A DNA stretch of 63,344 nt, the filler included, from Octopus bimaculoides (taxonomy: Eukaryota), in the NCBI RefSeq assembly GCF_001194135.2. It is 7 parts of 7 records of this genome, joined end to end, with 100 filler letters (N's around TTAATTAATTAA, not from the genome) between each part and the next. Parts side by side here need not be neighbours in the genome. Positions count along the whole stretch, not along the records: positions 1 to 9,599 come from NC_068982.1; positions 9,700 to 18,149 come from NC_068990.1; 5 more parts are not named here. The stretch is one strand, 5' to 3'. A program made the position numbers and the translations under genes. The notes under the pieces were generated by a model. The model had not been told where the DNA came from and did no database searches. It worked only from the letters and a program-made list of their open reading frames with translations. Of this stretch, positions 1 through 12,317 are shown piece after piece. The number at the start of each line of letters is the position of its first letter. Positions within the stretch are counted from its first letter, which is position 1.

Positions 1-310
1 ATTTGAGAGACCTGCAAGACACGGATGTGGAGGTCTTGAAGACAAAACTCGACGCTATCCTCTCCACGATACCAGACGAACCAATGGCTCGAAATGCGAC
101 ACAGTTTAGGGCAGCGATGTCAAATTCTCTTATACACCAGATGTGCCATCAAAACTCTTGATTGGACTATATCAGGTGCAGGAGAAGAACCATGCAAGGA
201 ACATGAAGAGGGCAAAGCATAAAGACAGAAAATCACGCTGGTGCTCCAGCATGACCACAGCCACTTGGCTGAAACCCATAAATAAATAAATAAATTAATA
301 AATAAATAAA
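1..310 (+). mobile_element. 3' end of a non-LTR retrotransposon (CR1/L2-group-like) with 3' UTR and (TAAA)n tail
   Basis: Translates as LRDLQDTDVEVLKTKLDAILSTIPDEPMARNATQFRAAMSNSLIHQ, resembling the KLDxxLxxIPDEP...AAxxNSL C-terminus of LINE ORF2. Followed by GGTGCTCCAGCATGACCACAGCC...GGCTGAAAC and (TAAA)n. Clade assignment is inference. Confidence 0.65.
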
Positions 311-468
311 TATATATATATATATATGTAGACCTTGGGGGGATTAGTTCATTTGTAATCTAAACGAATAGGTACGCTGGGCAAATGCTGTAACGGATTA
401 TCAGGGTTCCAAGCTCGTAACTGAGGCGGGAGCTATGGATCCATTTTAGGTTTCCAACTTAGTAGATT

Positions 469-1069
469 TATATTTGTGAAAGAGGACAACAAACGCCGAG
501 GCATACTATTTCAAAGGAGATAGATAGGTTAATTTTTAGCGAAGAATGTATGTTATAGTTTTCTTGATTTCTCCACTGCAGATTTAGTGAGTCACGTTGT
601 AATTAACAATGCATCATCCCTACACAGACCTCTTTTTATGTTAGGAAAGTGCATGTGGAATCGTAGAAGCAGGTCAGGTATAATCCGAAAGCATCAGTCA
701 CCTGAGCAGAATCAAAGGAGCCAATGGTTATATCGCAGAGGTTGTTCCTATTAGTATTGAGCTAGCACGGGGCCAGATAAGCTTTGGACCTGTGCTAACT
801 CAATACTAATAGGAACAACTTTGATATAACTACGGGCTCCCCTGGTTATGCTCAGGTCACAGATCTAGCCGGAATATACCTCCTTCAACAATTCTACATG
901 CATTTCCCTAACATCAAAGGAGGTTCATATAGGGATGTTGCATTGTTAATTACAACGTGCCTATCTAAATCTGCGGTAGGGAGAACTCGAAAATAATTAC
1001 ATAAATTATTCTCCAAATTCAATCTATATCCTTTGAAATACTATGTCTCGGGGTTTGTTATCCTTTTTC

Positions 1070-1078
<9 letters not shown>
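469..1078. mobile_element. 610-bp foldback (palindromic) element, probable MITE
   Basis: TATATTTGTGAA (469-480) pairs with TTCACAAATATA (1067-1078). Arms stay alignable inward to a perfect 21-bp core, GTTGTTCCTATTAGTATTGAG (741-761) / CTCAATACTAATAGGAACAAC (799-819). Confidence 0.85.
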
Positions 1079-1104
<26 letters not shown>

Positions 1105-2527
1105 NNNNNNNNNNNNNNNNNNNNNNNNNNNNNNNNNNNNNNNNNNNNNNNNNNNNNNNNNNNNNNNNNNNNNNNNNNNNNNNNNNNNNNNNNNNNNNNN
1201 NNNNNNNNNNNNNNNNNNNNNNNNNNNNNNNNNNNNNNNNNNNNNNNNNNNNNNNNNNNNNNNNNNNNNNNNNNNNNNNNNNNNNNNNNNNNNNNNNNNN
1301 NNNNNNNNNNNNNNNNNNNNNNNNNNNNNNNNNNNNNNNNNNNNNNNNNNNNNNNNNNNNNNNNNNNNNNNNNNNNNNNNNNNNNNNNNNNNNNNNNNNN
1401 NNNNNNNNNNNNNNNNNNNNNNNNNNNNNNNNNNNNNNNNNNNNNNNNNNNNNNNNNNNNNNNNNNNNNNNNNNNNNNNNNNNNNNNNNNNNNNNNNNNN
1501 NNNNNNNNNNNNNNNNNNNNNNNNNNNNNNNNNNNNNNNNNNNNTATATAAAGAGAGGTGAGACAATGAAACAGAGATACAGAGAGAGTCCGACAAAGAG
1601 AAAGAGAGAGAGTACTATCATTATATACTGTCTGACGATCGCTATGATGACTGAAATTAATAAAGTAGTTAAAATAAATGTTTTTAACGCGCTGTTTTTG
1701 GATACACGCAATAAGTTTTTCTTCAAAACGGTCGATGTTGTTTCTAAGTGTTTGACTGGCGGAATGGGTTTTTAATCCCCCTTTCTTCGTGTTTCTTAAT
1801 ATGTAAGTTTAAAAGAGCGATATTAATATCCTTGATTCTTGTTTTCTAAAACAAATAGACGTAGTGTACTGTAATCTCAATTAATTATGTATTTTGTTTG
1901 AAAGAGAGCTTTATGTTTATTTAAACGGAAACACTTCAGGATAATTGTCTGTAACTATTATGATAAATCTAGAAATATTACGCAGTTACTGACGAATATT
2001 GCTAACCTTACTACTGTGTTAAAACTCCTAACAGCCAGCATTGATTTATTAAGAAAATATATACTAATTATTTTAATAACTAAAGTTGTAAAACTCCTAT
2101 AATTCTTTTCTGTGCACTCTTACAACGAAACTCTTGTTCACCAAGAAAGTCATATTACATTATTCAATACTTTCTTCCGTATTTCCATAATTTGAAAGTG
2201 GCTTCTAGTTATGTTCACCACATCTACGTTTTCAGTAAGTCGATTTACGTGGATTTGATTAACCTGATTTTGCAGTCACATTTACTCAGCAAGTCTTTAT
2301 TTGCATCCTGCCAAAATATACTTCGACATCACATAACCTGCCTCGACATCGAATAGCCGTTTCCTTTCAGCCGCACCGTTAGATATTGACGTAAGATGGA
2401 AACGTATCCTAAATCGCCCTCCGAACAAATTGCAAACTGGCTGGCTTGATTTCCAACAATCTGCTTTACAATATATTATCGCTCTGTCTGTATGTGTCTC
2501 TCTCTCACACAATCTCTCTCTCACACG

Positions 2528-2529
<2 letters not shown>

Positions 2530-2605
<76 letters not shown>
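2530..2605. repeat. (CT)n microsatellite
   Basis: Pure tandem dinucleotide. Confidence 0.95.
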
Positions 2606-2607
<2 letters not shown>

Positions 2608-2698
2608 ATTGTGCACTGAATATATTCCTACAACTAAGAAACGTGCGAATTAGTAAACACGTTTATTAAACATCAGGTTATCTATTTACATACCACGA

Positions 2699-2729
<31 letters not shown>

Positions 2730-3305
2730 AGAAGGAGAAGAAGAAGAAGAAGAAGGAATCAAAGCGTTGAAAGGATTTCTTCGTGCTAATTGATTCTGTC
2801 TCTTTCCGTTCTTTTATGTTCATGTCGATGTTACCATTCTGCCTTCTAAGGCAATAACATCTACACCAAAGTACTTTCGATTAAAAGCATTTGAAGGGAT
2901 CGTCCCATCATGATCGCAGTCCAATATCTAGTTATTAATATCATAAAAGATTGTATATGCGAAAAAGATAATAGTATTTATATAATTGACATTATGATGA
3001 GGATGAAGACGACGATGATGTAGGGATGTGTATGAAGAAGAAGGAGCCAGCAACGACGACGATGATGTAGGGATGTGTGTGAAGAAGAAGGAGAGAAATG
3101 CTATAACTATCGCTTGAGCACAGATTTCTTTTTTAATATATATTATCTGATTTGTTCTTTTTGTCATTCTATGTGTAAACAGCATGTATATTGCTTGTAA
3201 ATCCTATTTGTGCAGCTAATGAGTTTTGTCGTATTGGTACTTCTTTTTACTTGCTAACCATAGTCCAATATATTTTTGCCCGGAGGCGTAGACAAAAAAA
3301 AATCA

Positions 3306-3307
<2 letters not shown>

Positions 3308-3383
<76 letters not shown>

Positions 3384-3387
3384 GGAA

Positions 3388-3468
<81 letters not shown>
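3308..3468. repeat. Compound (GA)n-(GACA)n-(GATA)n microsatellite
   Basis: Directly visible. Confidence 0.95.
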
Positions 3469-3469
<1 letters not shown>

Positions 3470-3699
3470 GAACAATCTACTATTTCAAATAGTTATGCAA
3501 ATATATATGGAAATATATATTTGAATAATTTCTCGGTGTCAATTCTTATAATTTATGAAATGACGGAATAGCAAAATATGTAGTTTACTTGTAGTATTTC
3601 TTAGCATCTATTTACACTATAGGTTCCAATCCATCAATGTAAATTTTGTCATTCTTCCCTCAATAACCGGTAGAGTATAATAGTCGATATGATCGACTT

Positions 3700-4293
3700 T
3701 ACGAAGGTGAGCTGAAAAGTTTATAGGTTTACAATGAAGGGGCAATGCTAGGTCTGTGAAATTTTGCATGCATTAATTTCAGTCCTTTTTTTCATAACTA
3801 CACTATTTCTTTCCAGGTAAACTGACATCCGACTGTTCAAAGACTATTTCAAAATTAGCTAGGAGTGACATCTCTTAAAAAAGGGTCAAAATTTGACATA
3901 GTTGTGTTTATCAAGTACCTGCATAAAAAAAAGGGTTTAGCCTCCACCGACATTCATGCTGATATGGTTGCTACATTGGAGGATGACGATCCCATTTTAT
4001 CAACAGTGTAATAGTGGGTGGCTGAATTTACGACGGGAAGGGAGAGTCTAGTAACCCAAGTTCTGGAAGTCCTGCAGCTGCCACCACCGAGGAAAATATT
4101 GATCGTGTTCACCACATGCTGATAGATGACAGGCGATTGAGTATAAATCAAATAGCCAATGCTATTAGCATATCCCATAGAGAGTTGAAAATATTCTACA
4201 CTATGAACTTGACGTGAAGATTTCTCTTCTGGTCAAAAGCGTACAATGCTGATCACATAACGGGAAAATCTGATATTGTTCGAGAGAGATTTC
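3700..4293 (+). mobile_element. Degenerate mariner element: 5' TIR plus N-terminal transposase
   Basis: Starts TACGAAGGTGAGCTGAAAAGT. Translates with stops and frameshifts as VFIKYLHKK-GLASTDIHADMVATLEDDDPILSTV**WVAEFTTGRESL...SGSPAAATTEENIDRVHHMLIDDRRLSINQIANAISIS, the mariner HTH region. Confidence 0.85.
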
Positions 4294-4590
4294 TGTAAAC
4301 GTGGTCTAATGACTAAAACATTGTCTTCTTGTTAACTAAAATGTTTTGCATTTATCAATTTCTTACACATGATGTTTTATTTTTAATTCCTTTTTTCGTA
4401 TTCATAATGTTTTTTTTTAAACATCATGCGAGGTCATTTTATCACTAACCTTGTGGAGTATCTAAGCAGACAATTCTTGACCGTAAACATTGCATCTAAG
4501 GAACTCACGGGCCACAATATAACATCTTATTTGACTTACGACGTTCACACATATTTCCATCACAGTTTCGTAGGTTAACCATTTTGAACA

Positions 4591-5467
4591 ATGGTCTCAA
4601 ATTCTGCCACAAAGCCAGACATTTTGAGGGAGGGGGCAAGGGGGAAAGGCGCTTCCATCTAATCCAGTCCTCTACTGGTACTTATATCAACGATCCCGAG
4701 AAGATGAAAGGCAAAGTCGAACACGGCAGAATTTCAACACAGAACGTAAAGACGGACAAAATACCGCTAAGCATTTCGTCTCGCGTGCTAATGTATAAAC
4801 CAGCTCACCGCATTAACTTTCCTGGGCATTGATTTCAAATTTTAAAACGGCCTACAGTTTCGGGACAGAGGTAAGTCGATTACATCGATCTCAGTGTTCA
4901 ACTGGTACTTATTTTATCGTCCTCAGTGAAATTTGAACACGGAACATGAACACGGACGAAATGCCGCTAAGCATTTTAGCCGGTGTGCTAATGATTCTGC
5001 CAGCTCGCCTCCTTAAATTCCCTGAACATTGAAAATATTATTCTTTTCTTTTCTAGGTACAAGGCCCGAAAATTTTGGGGTGGGGGCCTGTCGATTCGAT
5101 CGACTTCAATACGCAACTGGTACTTAATTTATCGACCCCGAAAGTCGACCTCGGCGGAATTTGAACTGAAAACCTAAAGACAGACGAAATACCGCTAAGC
5201 ATTTCGACCGGCGTGCTAATGTTTCTGCCAATTCACCGCCTTAATTTCCCAGAATATTCTTTTCTACTCTAATCACAAGGCCCGAAATTTTGGGGAGGGG
5301 GCCAGTCGATTAGATTGACCCAGTACGCAACTGGTACTTAATTTATCGACCCCGACAGGATGAAAGGCAAAGTCAACCTCGGCGGAATTTGAACTCAGAA
5401 CGTAAAGAGAGACGAAATACCGCTAAGCATTTCGCCCGGGGTGCTAACGTTACTGCCAGCTCGCGGC
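4591..5467 (-). mobile_element. Tandem cluster of four family-A tRNA-type SINEs (4591-4812, 4833-5012, 5039-5240, 5255-5467)
   Basis: Each copy is the reverse complement of GGCGGTGAGCTGGCAGAATCGTTAGCAC...GTTCTGAGTTCAAATTCCGCCGAGG...CATCCTTTCGGGGTCGATAAA..., with Pol III A/B-box-like motifs. The family recurs more than 15 times in the window. Confidence 0.9.
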
Positions 5468-5863
5468 TTTAAGTTCCCTGAATATTGAAAATATTATTGA
5501 TACAGAGCGGTAATCCTAAGCCATTTGTAGTTTTCACATACATTTTGTAACTTTTGTAGTAATTATAGTTTCTCACCCTCTCGTATTCGCCTTTTATCCC
5601 TCGCAACATCATAACTAGGAAAGGAATGTTGCCATCTGTTAGATGTGTCTTTAGCTGTGCCAATATATATGAGTTTTCTCATTTTCACCATAAATAAAAT
5701 AACGGCTCTAAATGATTGGTATATAAAATCACCTAGTATTAATATTCAGTTAACTTTGCTCGTATCAACTTCGTCATTACCAAATATTATGTAATGTTAA
5801 TTAACTTAAATGTATAGTGACAATGAACTACTATTTCTCTCTCTCTCTCTCTCTCCCTCTCTA

Positions 5864-5894
<31 letters not shown>

Positions 5895-6179
5895 CGCTCT
5901 CTCCTCAATCTATCTATATGAATGTCTCAGTATGCATATATATACATACATACATACATATATATACATATATATATATACCATATTAACTGTCATAAAT
6001 GCTAATTTAGTTGGCTTATCACTTATTATATCATTTAGAATTATCATCCTACCGTTAGACCCGACATGTCTAAAACTACAAGAGTGCAGAACGTAAAAAT
6101 ACAATTGCTCGTTTAGTATGTTTTGTCTACAAAGTTTGTAAGGAGCTAGAGACTGAAGATCAAAATGTATCATCAGTAT

Positions 6180-7560
6180 CAACGCACAAAAAGTATTCTA
6201 AACACTTAAATTTATCCAACAAGTTCAACAGACCATTAATTACAATCCCAGGTAGTCCATGAGGTCAATTGTATACGATCTCCATGCATCACAAGGAACA
6301 GTCAGAGATGTTGTCCACGAGGACATCAGATATAAGTCTTGATTGAGTTGTCATTCTTCAGTGTTTGTAAGGCTTCCATTTCTTTTTCACGAAGGGTTTG
6401 TTTGCATTTGTGGATATTTAGGGGAAATTTTGAAATCGAGTCTATATACGCGTCTAAATATTTCTCCATTCCTTTAAATCCTTATTGCTGAAGAATTCTT
6501 ATAAGTCGGAGGTGGCGGTTGAAGAGTTCAATATCAGATTTCAGTTCAATGAGATTAGGGGTAGGTGTTGGGGGTAAACTTGAAACCTTTTAATAGGAGT
6601 TTCATCTCATTCTTGTTGAGGTTCCTATCTGACAAATTTATGATCTTCGGATCTATATGTTGTGTGTGTTCATTTAAAGTTTGTGTATTATCGGGTCCGG
6701 TGCGTGATCTTGGTATTTTCTCCCTGAAAAGGGAATTATGTTACCGTGTCTCCATTTTCTGATGTCAGCGCACTGGTTTCCATGTAGCGGGAGGATGGTT
6801 CATGTCTTTTATACGAATTCCGTTGGTTATAAGTTTAGTTTTCTTCCCATCTTCCATGCTTTTTTCGCCATTCAGGATATATGGGATTTTTGGTCGTAAA
6901 TCGTGGGCTGCTTAAGTTATTATGATGCTTATTATTCCTATTATATTACCTGTATCGTCTGCATTTTATTTGTCTCTCTTCCCATGTATTCATCCATCTA
7001 GGATACATGTTATTACGGGTTGGTGGTTGTCTGTATATTATTTGTCTTTCATGTCTTTTTCCTTTTGTATTTATCCATCTATGGTGTTTGGACATATAGG
7101 TTGATGGTTGTCTTCTATATTTCATGTATCGGCTAGTCTATACTTGAGGTGAGATGGAGGTCATTTCCGCGTATGTGCTTGGATAATTAGAGGTTCGATA
7201 CCTCAGTCCTATTCCTCTGGGCTTAGTGTCTATGTTTGCTTTCGATCCTCGTATATTTTTGTTGTAGTTTCGTTTACATAATAGATTTGTCTCCATATAT
7301 TTTTTCATAGTTAGCGAACCACTCTTGTTGTTTTTCCCACATTTTTATGGATCTTTCTTCTTCCCGCTTTGTGTCTTCTTTCCATAGTTTTTCCACTTTT
7401 TTATGACATTGATTGTAAAACCGCTCAGCAATTTCAGCAAACATAACTGCGTCAATATTTTTTACTTTCCCTTCGTGTCTTATTTGTTGTGATTGTAGAA
7501 GAGTGATTTCTGTTTCCAGTCGGCATAAGACTAAATTCGCACGTATCCTTGTCTCTTCCA
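6180..7560 (-). mobile_element. Degenerate Penelope-like element, N-terminal ORF region
   Basis: Minus strand 6570-6645 reads IINLSDRNLNKNEMKLLLKGFKFTP, matching the INLS...L...E..LL.KG.KF.P motif of PLE ORFs. Downstream EALQTLKNDNSIK resembles the segment preceding the RT. Boundaries are approximate. Confidence 0.65.
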
Positions 7561-7707
7561 GTGATTCACTTCTTATTTATTTAATAAGAACTTTTCTGCG
7601 CAGAATTAGGCTTTCTTTGCTTCGCCAATTCTGGTAGGTGTTTGCTATATTGTTGCATCGAATGATTTTCCGATATGCATGTTTCCTTTGATTAAGAAGT
7701 TTCAACA

Positions 7708-7741
<34 letters not shown>

Positions 7742-7936
7742 NNNNNNNNNNNNNNNNNNNNNNNNNNNNNNNNNNNNNNNNNNNNNNNNNNNNNNNNNNN
7801 NNNNNNNNNNNNNNNNNNNNNNNNNNNNNNNNNNNNNNNNNNNNNNNNNNNNNNNNNNNNNNNNNNNNNNNNNNNNNNNNNNNNNNNNNNNNNNNNNNNN
7901 NNNNNNNNNNNNNNNNNNNNNNNNNNNNNNNNNNNN

Positions 7937-7973
<37 letters not shown>

Positions 7974-8170
7974 TAGACGTACATGTATATGTACACATAT
8001 ATATAGACATATATACATGCATACATATATCTGTACATATAATATACATACATATATATACATATATATACATACATATGTACATATGTTTACATATAAA
8101 TCTACATATATACATGTATATATAAACATATACCTCCATACATATTTACATACATATATATGTGCAGATG

Positions 8171-8229
<59 letters not shown>

Positions 8230-8239
8230 NNNNNNNNNN

Positions 8240-8317
<78 letters not shown>

Positions 8318-8971
8318 TATCGTAAAAGCCGCCCGAATGGGAAGATCTGCAAACAGATCTCGGAGCTGTTTTGGAGAATTTGTTTAAATTGCATCCTCCG
8401 GAGTCATATTCCAATTATGATCATATTCGTCGCTAAAAGTCATGGAAGAAAAATCACCGAAAACAATCGCAGTAATGAAAACATAGGGATCCAAAATTTC
8501 AGGATCGCAGGTCCGGATTCCGCTCGGAATGTTTTAATTTACTCACGATGGGTCAGCTTGATTCCAAAATGGTATGATATATTGGACTACGGCCTCTAGG
8601 AATAAAATTGAAAAAGAGTGACACACTGACTCACTGATATCCATATTCATTACATTAGATATATTTAATTTTGGGCAAACTGTATTTCAATTAAAGTGTA
8701 TGTAATATATATATATACATGTTTGTGTGTGTATGTATATGTATATATGTACATACACACGCACATACACAAACACACACACACACACACATATAAATAT
8801 ACTATATATATGAGAAATTTTGTCTGTGGGTATGTTTGTGGAGCTGTTAGCTAACTCCTCCTACATCGTGTTATCGATTTTGATGAAACTTGACACGTGA
8901 TTACAACCCATGTCTGGAAACCTCATTGCATACTCATATGTTAAAAAATTCGATAATAGGGCTCCTGGTAC

Positions 8972-9167
8972 TATAAGTAAAGCCACGTGCTGGAAAGGGA
9001 CGCTAAAGTCAAACTACTTTATCAAAAATATATACACGCGCTATGCAGCTGGAACATTTTAAAATAATTTTTTCCTTTGTTCATTTCCTCGACATTAGCG
9101 CGTGTGTATATTTTTGATAAAGTAATTTGACTTTAGTGTCATATTCCAGCACGTGGCTTTACTTATA
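8972..9167. mobile_element. MITE with ~72-bp terminal inverted repeats and TA ends
   Basis: TATAAGTAAAGCCACGTGCTGGAA...CACGCGCTA (8972-9043) pairs with TAGCGCGTG...TTCCAGCACGTGGCTTTACTTATA (9096-9167). Confidence 0.85.
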
Positions 9168-9563
9168 TTAACTACCCTTAGTGTAATAATGTTTTTTTTT
9201 TTTAAATATAACTAGTATTGATTTTTTACCTTAATTGGTTTTACACGCTGGCTATTTGATAAAATCTTATATAGATTTTATCCTTATTTATATAACTGAT
9301 AAATATTAAACCAGAATAAATTCAGTACTGAATTATTTATGAATAATAGGAGTCAAAGTATGAGTATATGTATACCTTTATTAATATTTAGCAGAACAGA
9401 GTGACTCAAGATCCTAGAGTTTCGTGCTTTGGCAATATTTATTTATATATACGTGTATATATATATATATTCAAATTTATAAATACATGTAACACGGGCA
9501 CGTACAGTCAAACGAGCGAGTGCTCACGCACATACACACACACACATATATAAATGTATATAA

Positions 9564-9599
<36 letters not shown>

Positions 9600-9699
9600 N
9601 NNNNNNNNNNNNNNNNNNNNNNNNNNNNNNNNNNNNNNNNNNNTTAATTAATTAANNNNNNNNNNNNNNNNNNNNNNNNNNNNNNNNNNNNNNNNNNNN

Positions 9700-9930
9700 A
9701 AAGGCCTTTTTATAGTCTATCCAGGCTATTGACAAGTTTTTGTGTCGCTTGTGACAATCTTCTAAGATCATCTTATTGATGAGTAGCTGATCTTTACAAC
9801 CATAAGATCCACGTTTACATCCCTTTTGCTCATTAGGGAATATGCTACTTTCTATTAAAAAACTATAGGTGTACTCGGTTAGGACAGATGTTAGCGTCTT
9901 ATACATTGTTGTTAAGCAGGTTATGGGGCG
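9700..9930 (-). mobile_element. R4/Dong-clade LINE reverse transcriptase fragment
   Basis: PITCLTTMYKTLTSVL...EQKGCKRGSYGCKDQLLINKMILEDCHKRHKNLSIAWIDYKKAF: RT motifs typical of R4/Dong elements. Truncated by an N gap. Confidence 0.9.
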
Positions 9931-9972
<42 letters not shown>

Positions 9973-11039
9973 GTTATTATTATCATCATTATCATTACTA
10001 GTAGTAGTCGTAACAGTAGTGTCTTATCTTTATTTCGATAAGATCTCTTCACTTCTTGTTAACAACTTGGCAGGAAATGTGCTGCTTGATATACTTCACA
10101 TCTCTTAGCTGTTTCTTTTGATGAAGTCAAGATATCCTGTACGTAAGCAACTGCCCTTTCTCCCTTCTGTTTCTTTTCCTTCCCTAGCCTCTTACTCCGC
10201 TATGCTTACAATAAGCTTGTATTCAGTAGCTGGTTGAAAACTAAAACAAATACACAAATAAAATATAATAAAAATTTATCAGCTAATTGGACAGTTTAAT
10301 TTGATACAACAGGTAAAACAAAATTATTATACCTGGGGTAAAATAGGATCCATATATCTAAATGGCAAGATTTAATACTAATACTACTACTAATAATAAT
10401 AGTGTTATCATGTACAAGTTTTGTCTGGTATAAAAGATGGGCTACAGCATAGATTCTGCTCAATACCACAAATTTGCTTGACCTTCACCAGTTGAGCATG
10501 TCCCTTAGTGGCTGATGATATGTGCATCTCTGGTCACAAGCAGTAGTAGTTGGAGAGCATCATAGTAATTTTTTTTTTTAAGATTGTTCTCAAGAAAATT
10601 CAGCAAATGCCAGAACGTAAGCGAGCAAGACAAATGAAAAGATACAAAATATAAAGATTAATTCTTAGTAGTTAGACCATAGGTGGTCTTCTTCTAGCAT
10701 AATGGATGTCCACTTAGTGGTCATCCCTCTTATATATATGTTATATATATATATATTACATCCTTTTGTTGTTTACACCACCTGTCCTCGTCTGTTGTTG
10801 TTTTTTTCGTAAATTCTCCCATATATATATATATATATATATATATTATTTAATAAACAGAATACATGTTTTTGTGCTACTAATAGTTTTTGGTTGATCT
10901 TTCCATCATGCGATAGTACTCATGACAGAAGAAAACCTTTTAGGAACATTGTGCGCTCAAGACTACCTTATACTTTACACTTGTGGCTCCATTGGTGACT
11001 AACGAGCCCTGCTCATGACAAACATACACGACTGCAAAC

Positions 11040-11510
11040 ATTGCAGACCAAGCTTTCCCCCATTCATTCCACTAGCAGTGCATTTTCGAGCAGCACACTT
11101 AAATTTCTTCATGAAGAACACATGCTCTTTCAAAGGTATCAACTCCCTCCTTTACCTGTTTCCTCCATCTGTGGTGATGACAAGCATTGCTCTCCCAGTC
11201 AGCCTCCCACATCTCACAAGCCTTTAATGATGACTCTACACAGTCCTTAAATCACAGTCTGGGCTCCTGCTGGGGTCGCTTTCCACTAACAAGCTCCCCA
11301 TATGGCATGTTTAAGGATCTTGCTATCATGCATTCTAACAAGGTGTCCAGTCCAACATAACCGGTGTTTGTGCACCATTGCCTCAATACTCAGGATATCG
11401 GCTTTCCTCAGGACCTGTGTATCTGGAGTTTTTAAGGTCCAGCCAACATTCAGAATGAGTCTCAGACATCTCTGATGGAAGCATTGGAATATCTTAAAGC
11501 AGACATATAA
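11040..11510 (-). mobile_element. RTE-clade LINE 3' ORF fragment
   Basis: FQCFHQRCLRLILNVGWTLKTPDTQVLRKADILSIEAMVHKHRLCWTGHLVRM...SGKRP: RTE/BovB-type C-terminus. Confidence 0.85.
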
Positions 11511-11532
11511 AGCTATAAATAACAGTATTACT

Positions 11533-11929
11533 CTCTTTTACTCTTTTATTTGTTTCAGTCATTTGACTGCGGCCATGCTGGAGCACCGCCTTTAGTCGAG
11601 CAAATCAACCCCGGCACTTATTCTTTGTAAGCCTAGTACTTATTCTATCGGTCTCTTTTGCTGAACCGCTAAGTGATGGGGACATAAACACACCAACATC
11701 GGTTTGTCAAGCAATGCTAGGGGGACAAACACACACACATATACATACATATATATACATATATACGACGGGCTTCTTTCAGTTTCTGTCTACCAAATCC
11801 ACTCACAAGGCTTTGGTCGGCCCGACGCTATAGTAGAAGACACTTGCCCAAGGTGCCACGCAGTGGGACTGAACCCGGAACCATGCGGTTGGTAAGCAAG
11901 CTACTTACCACACAGCCACTCCTGTGCCT
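11533..11929 (-). mobile_element. Family-C tRNA-type SINE, near full length
   Basis: Head GGAGTGGCTGTGTGGTAAGTAGC...GGTTCAGTCCC, internal TA/TG tract, tail GGCGGTGCTCCAGCATGGCCGCAGTCAAATGACTGAAAC-(A-rich). Confidence 0.9.
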
Positions 11930-12317
11930 ATTGAGTGAATATTGAGTCGAAAAACCATTTTGGATAGAAAAAGTCAAAGGTTGCCTTCAACTTTTTCCAT
12001 CCAAAAGAGTGAAATATTATTTGAGGTGAAATTTGACTGCTATTATTAGCATTATGTATTGAGTGACCATGTAGAGATTTTCTTGTTGGTCCATTGTAGC
12101 TATGTGTTTACTTATGATATGTCAAAATATTCTGTCATCATTCTTTAGATAAAAGTGAAAGTTGTAAAGGTCAAATTGTTTCATAAATAAATAAATACCA
12201 GGCTGATTTCCGTTAAGTAATTAAAGGATTTTAATTAATGTCAAATTAAAATATTACATGATTGATATATACATCATCATGCGATGAAAGATGTTAATGG
12301 TGAATGGTGAGATGTAG

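Noticed and set aside
582-673. Apparent + strand exon after ctccactgcag (DLVSHVVINN...)
   Set aside because: It lies within the left arm of the 610-bp foldback element and has a weak donor.
1024-1726. Long ORFs spanning N gaps or microsatellites (also 7.6-8.6, 30.3-30.9, 41-42, 51.4-52.5, 54.3-55 and 61.8-62.4 kb)
   Set aside because: They are open only because N and TA/CA/triplet repeats lack stop codons.
1700-2460. Possible promoter or 5' UTR exons (gtaagt donors at ~1803 and ~2235, CpG-richer patch)
   Set aside because: No supportable start, coding frame or acceptor partner. It needs transcript data.
5568-5645. Minus-strand 78-nt exon candidate (LKTHLTDGNIPF... or KDTSNRWQHSFPSYDVARDKRR)
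   Set aside because: Two frames are equally open, the acceptor is weak and no family is recognisable.
9644-9655. TTAATTAATTAA embedded in N runs (also 18194, 28243, 33487, 48218, 59009)
   Set aside because: It is an identical 12-mer with stops in all six frames, always centred in gaps: an artificial scaffolding spacer, not biology.
10108-10141. 34-nt + strand micro-exon candidate (VSFDEVKISC, gtaagc donor)
   Set aside because: Too short to distinguish from chance.
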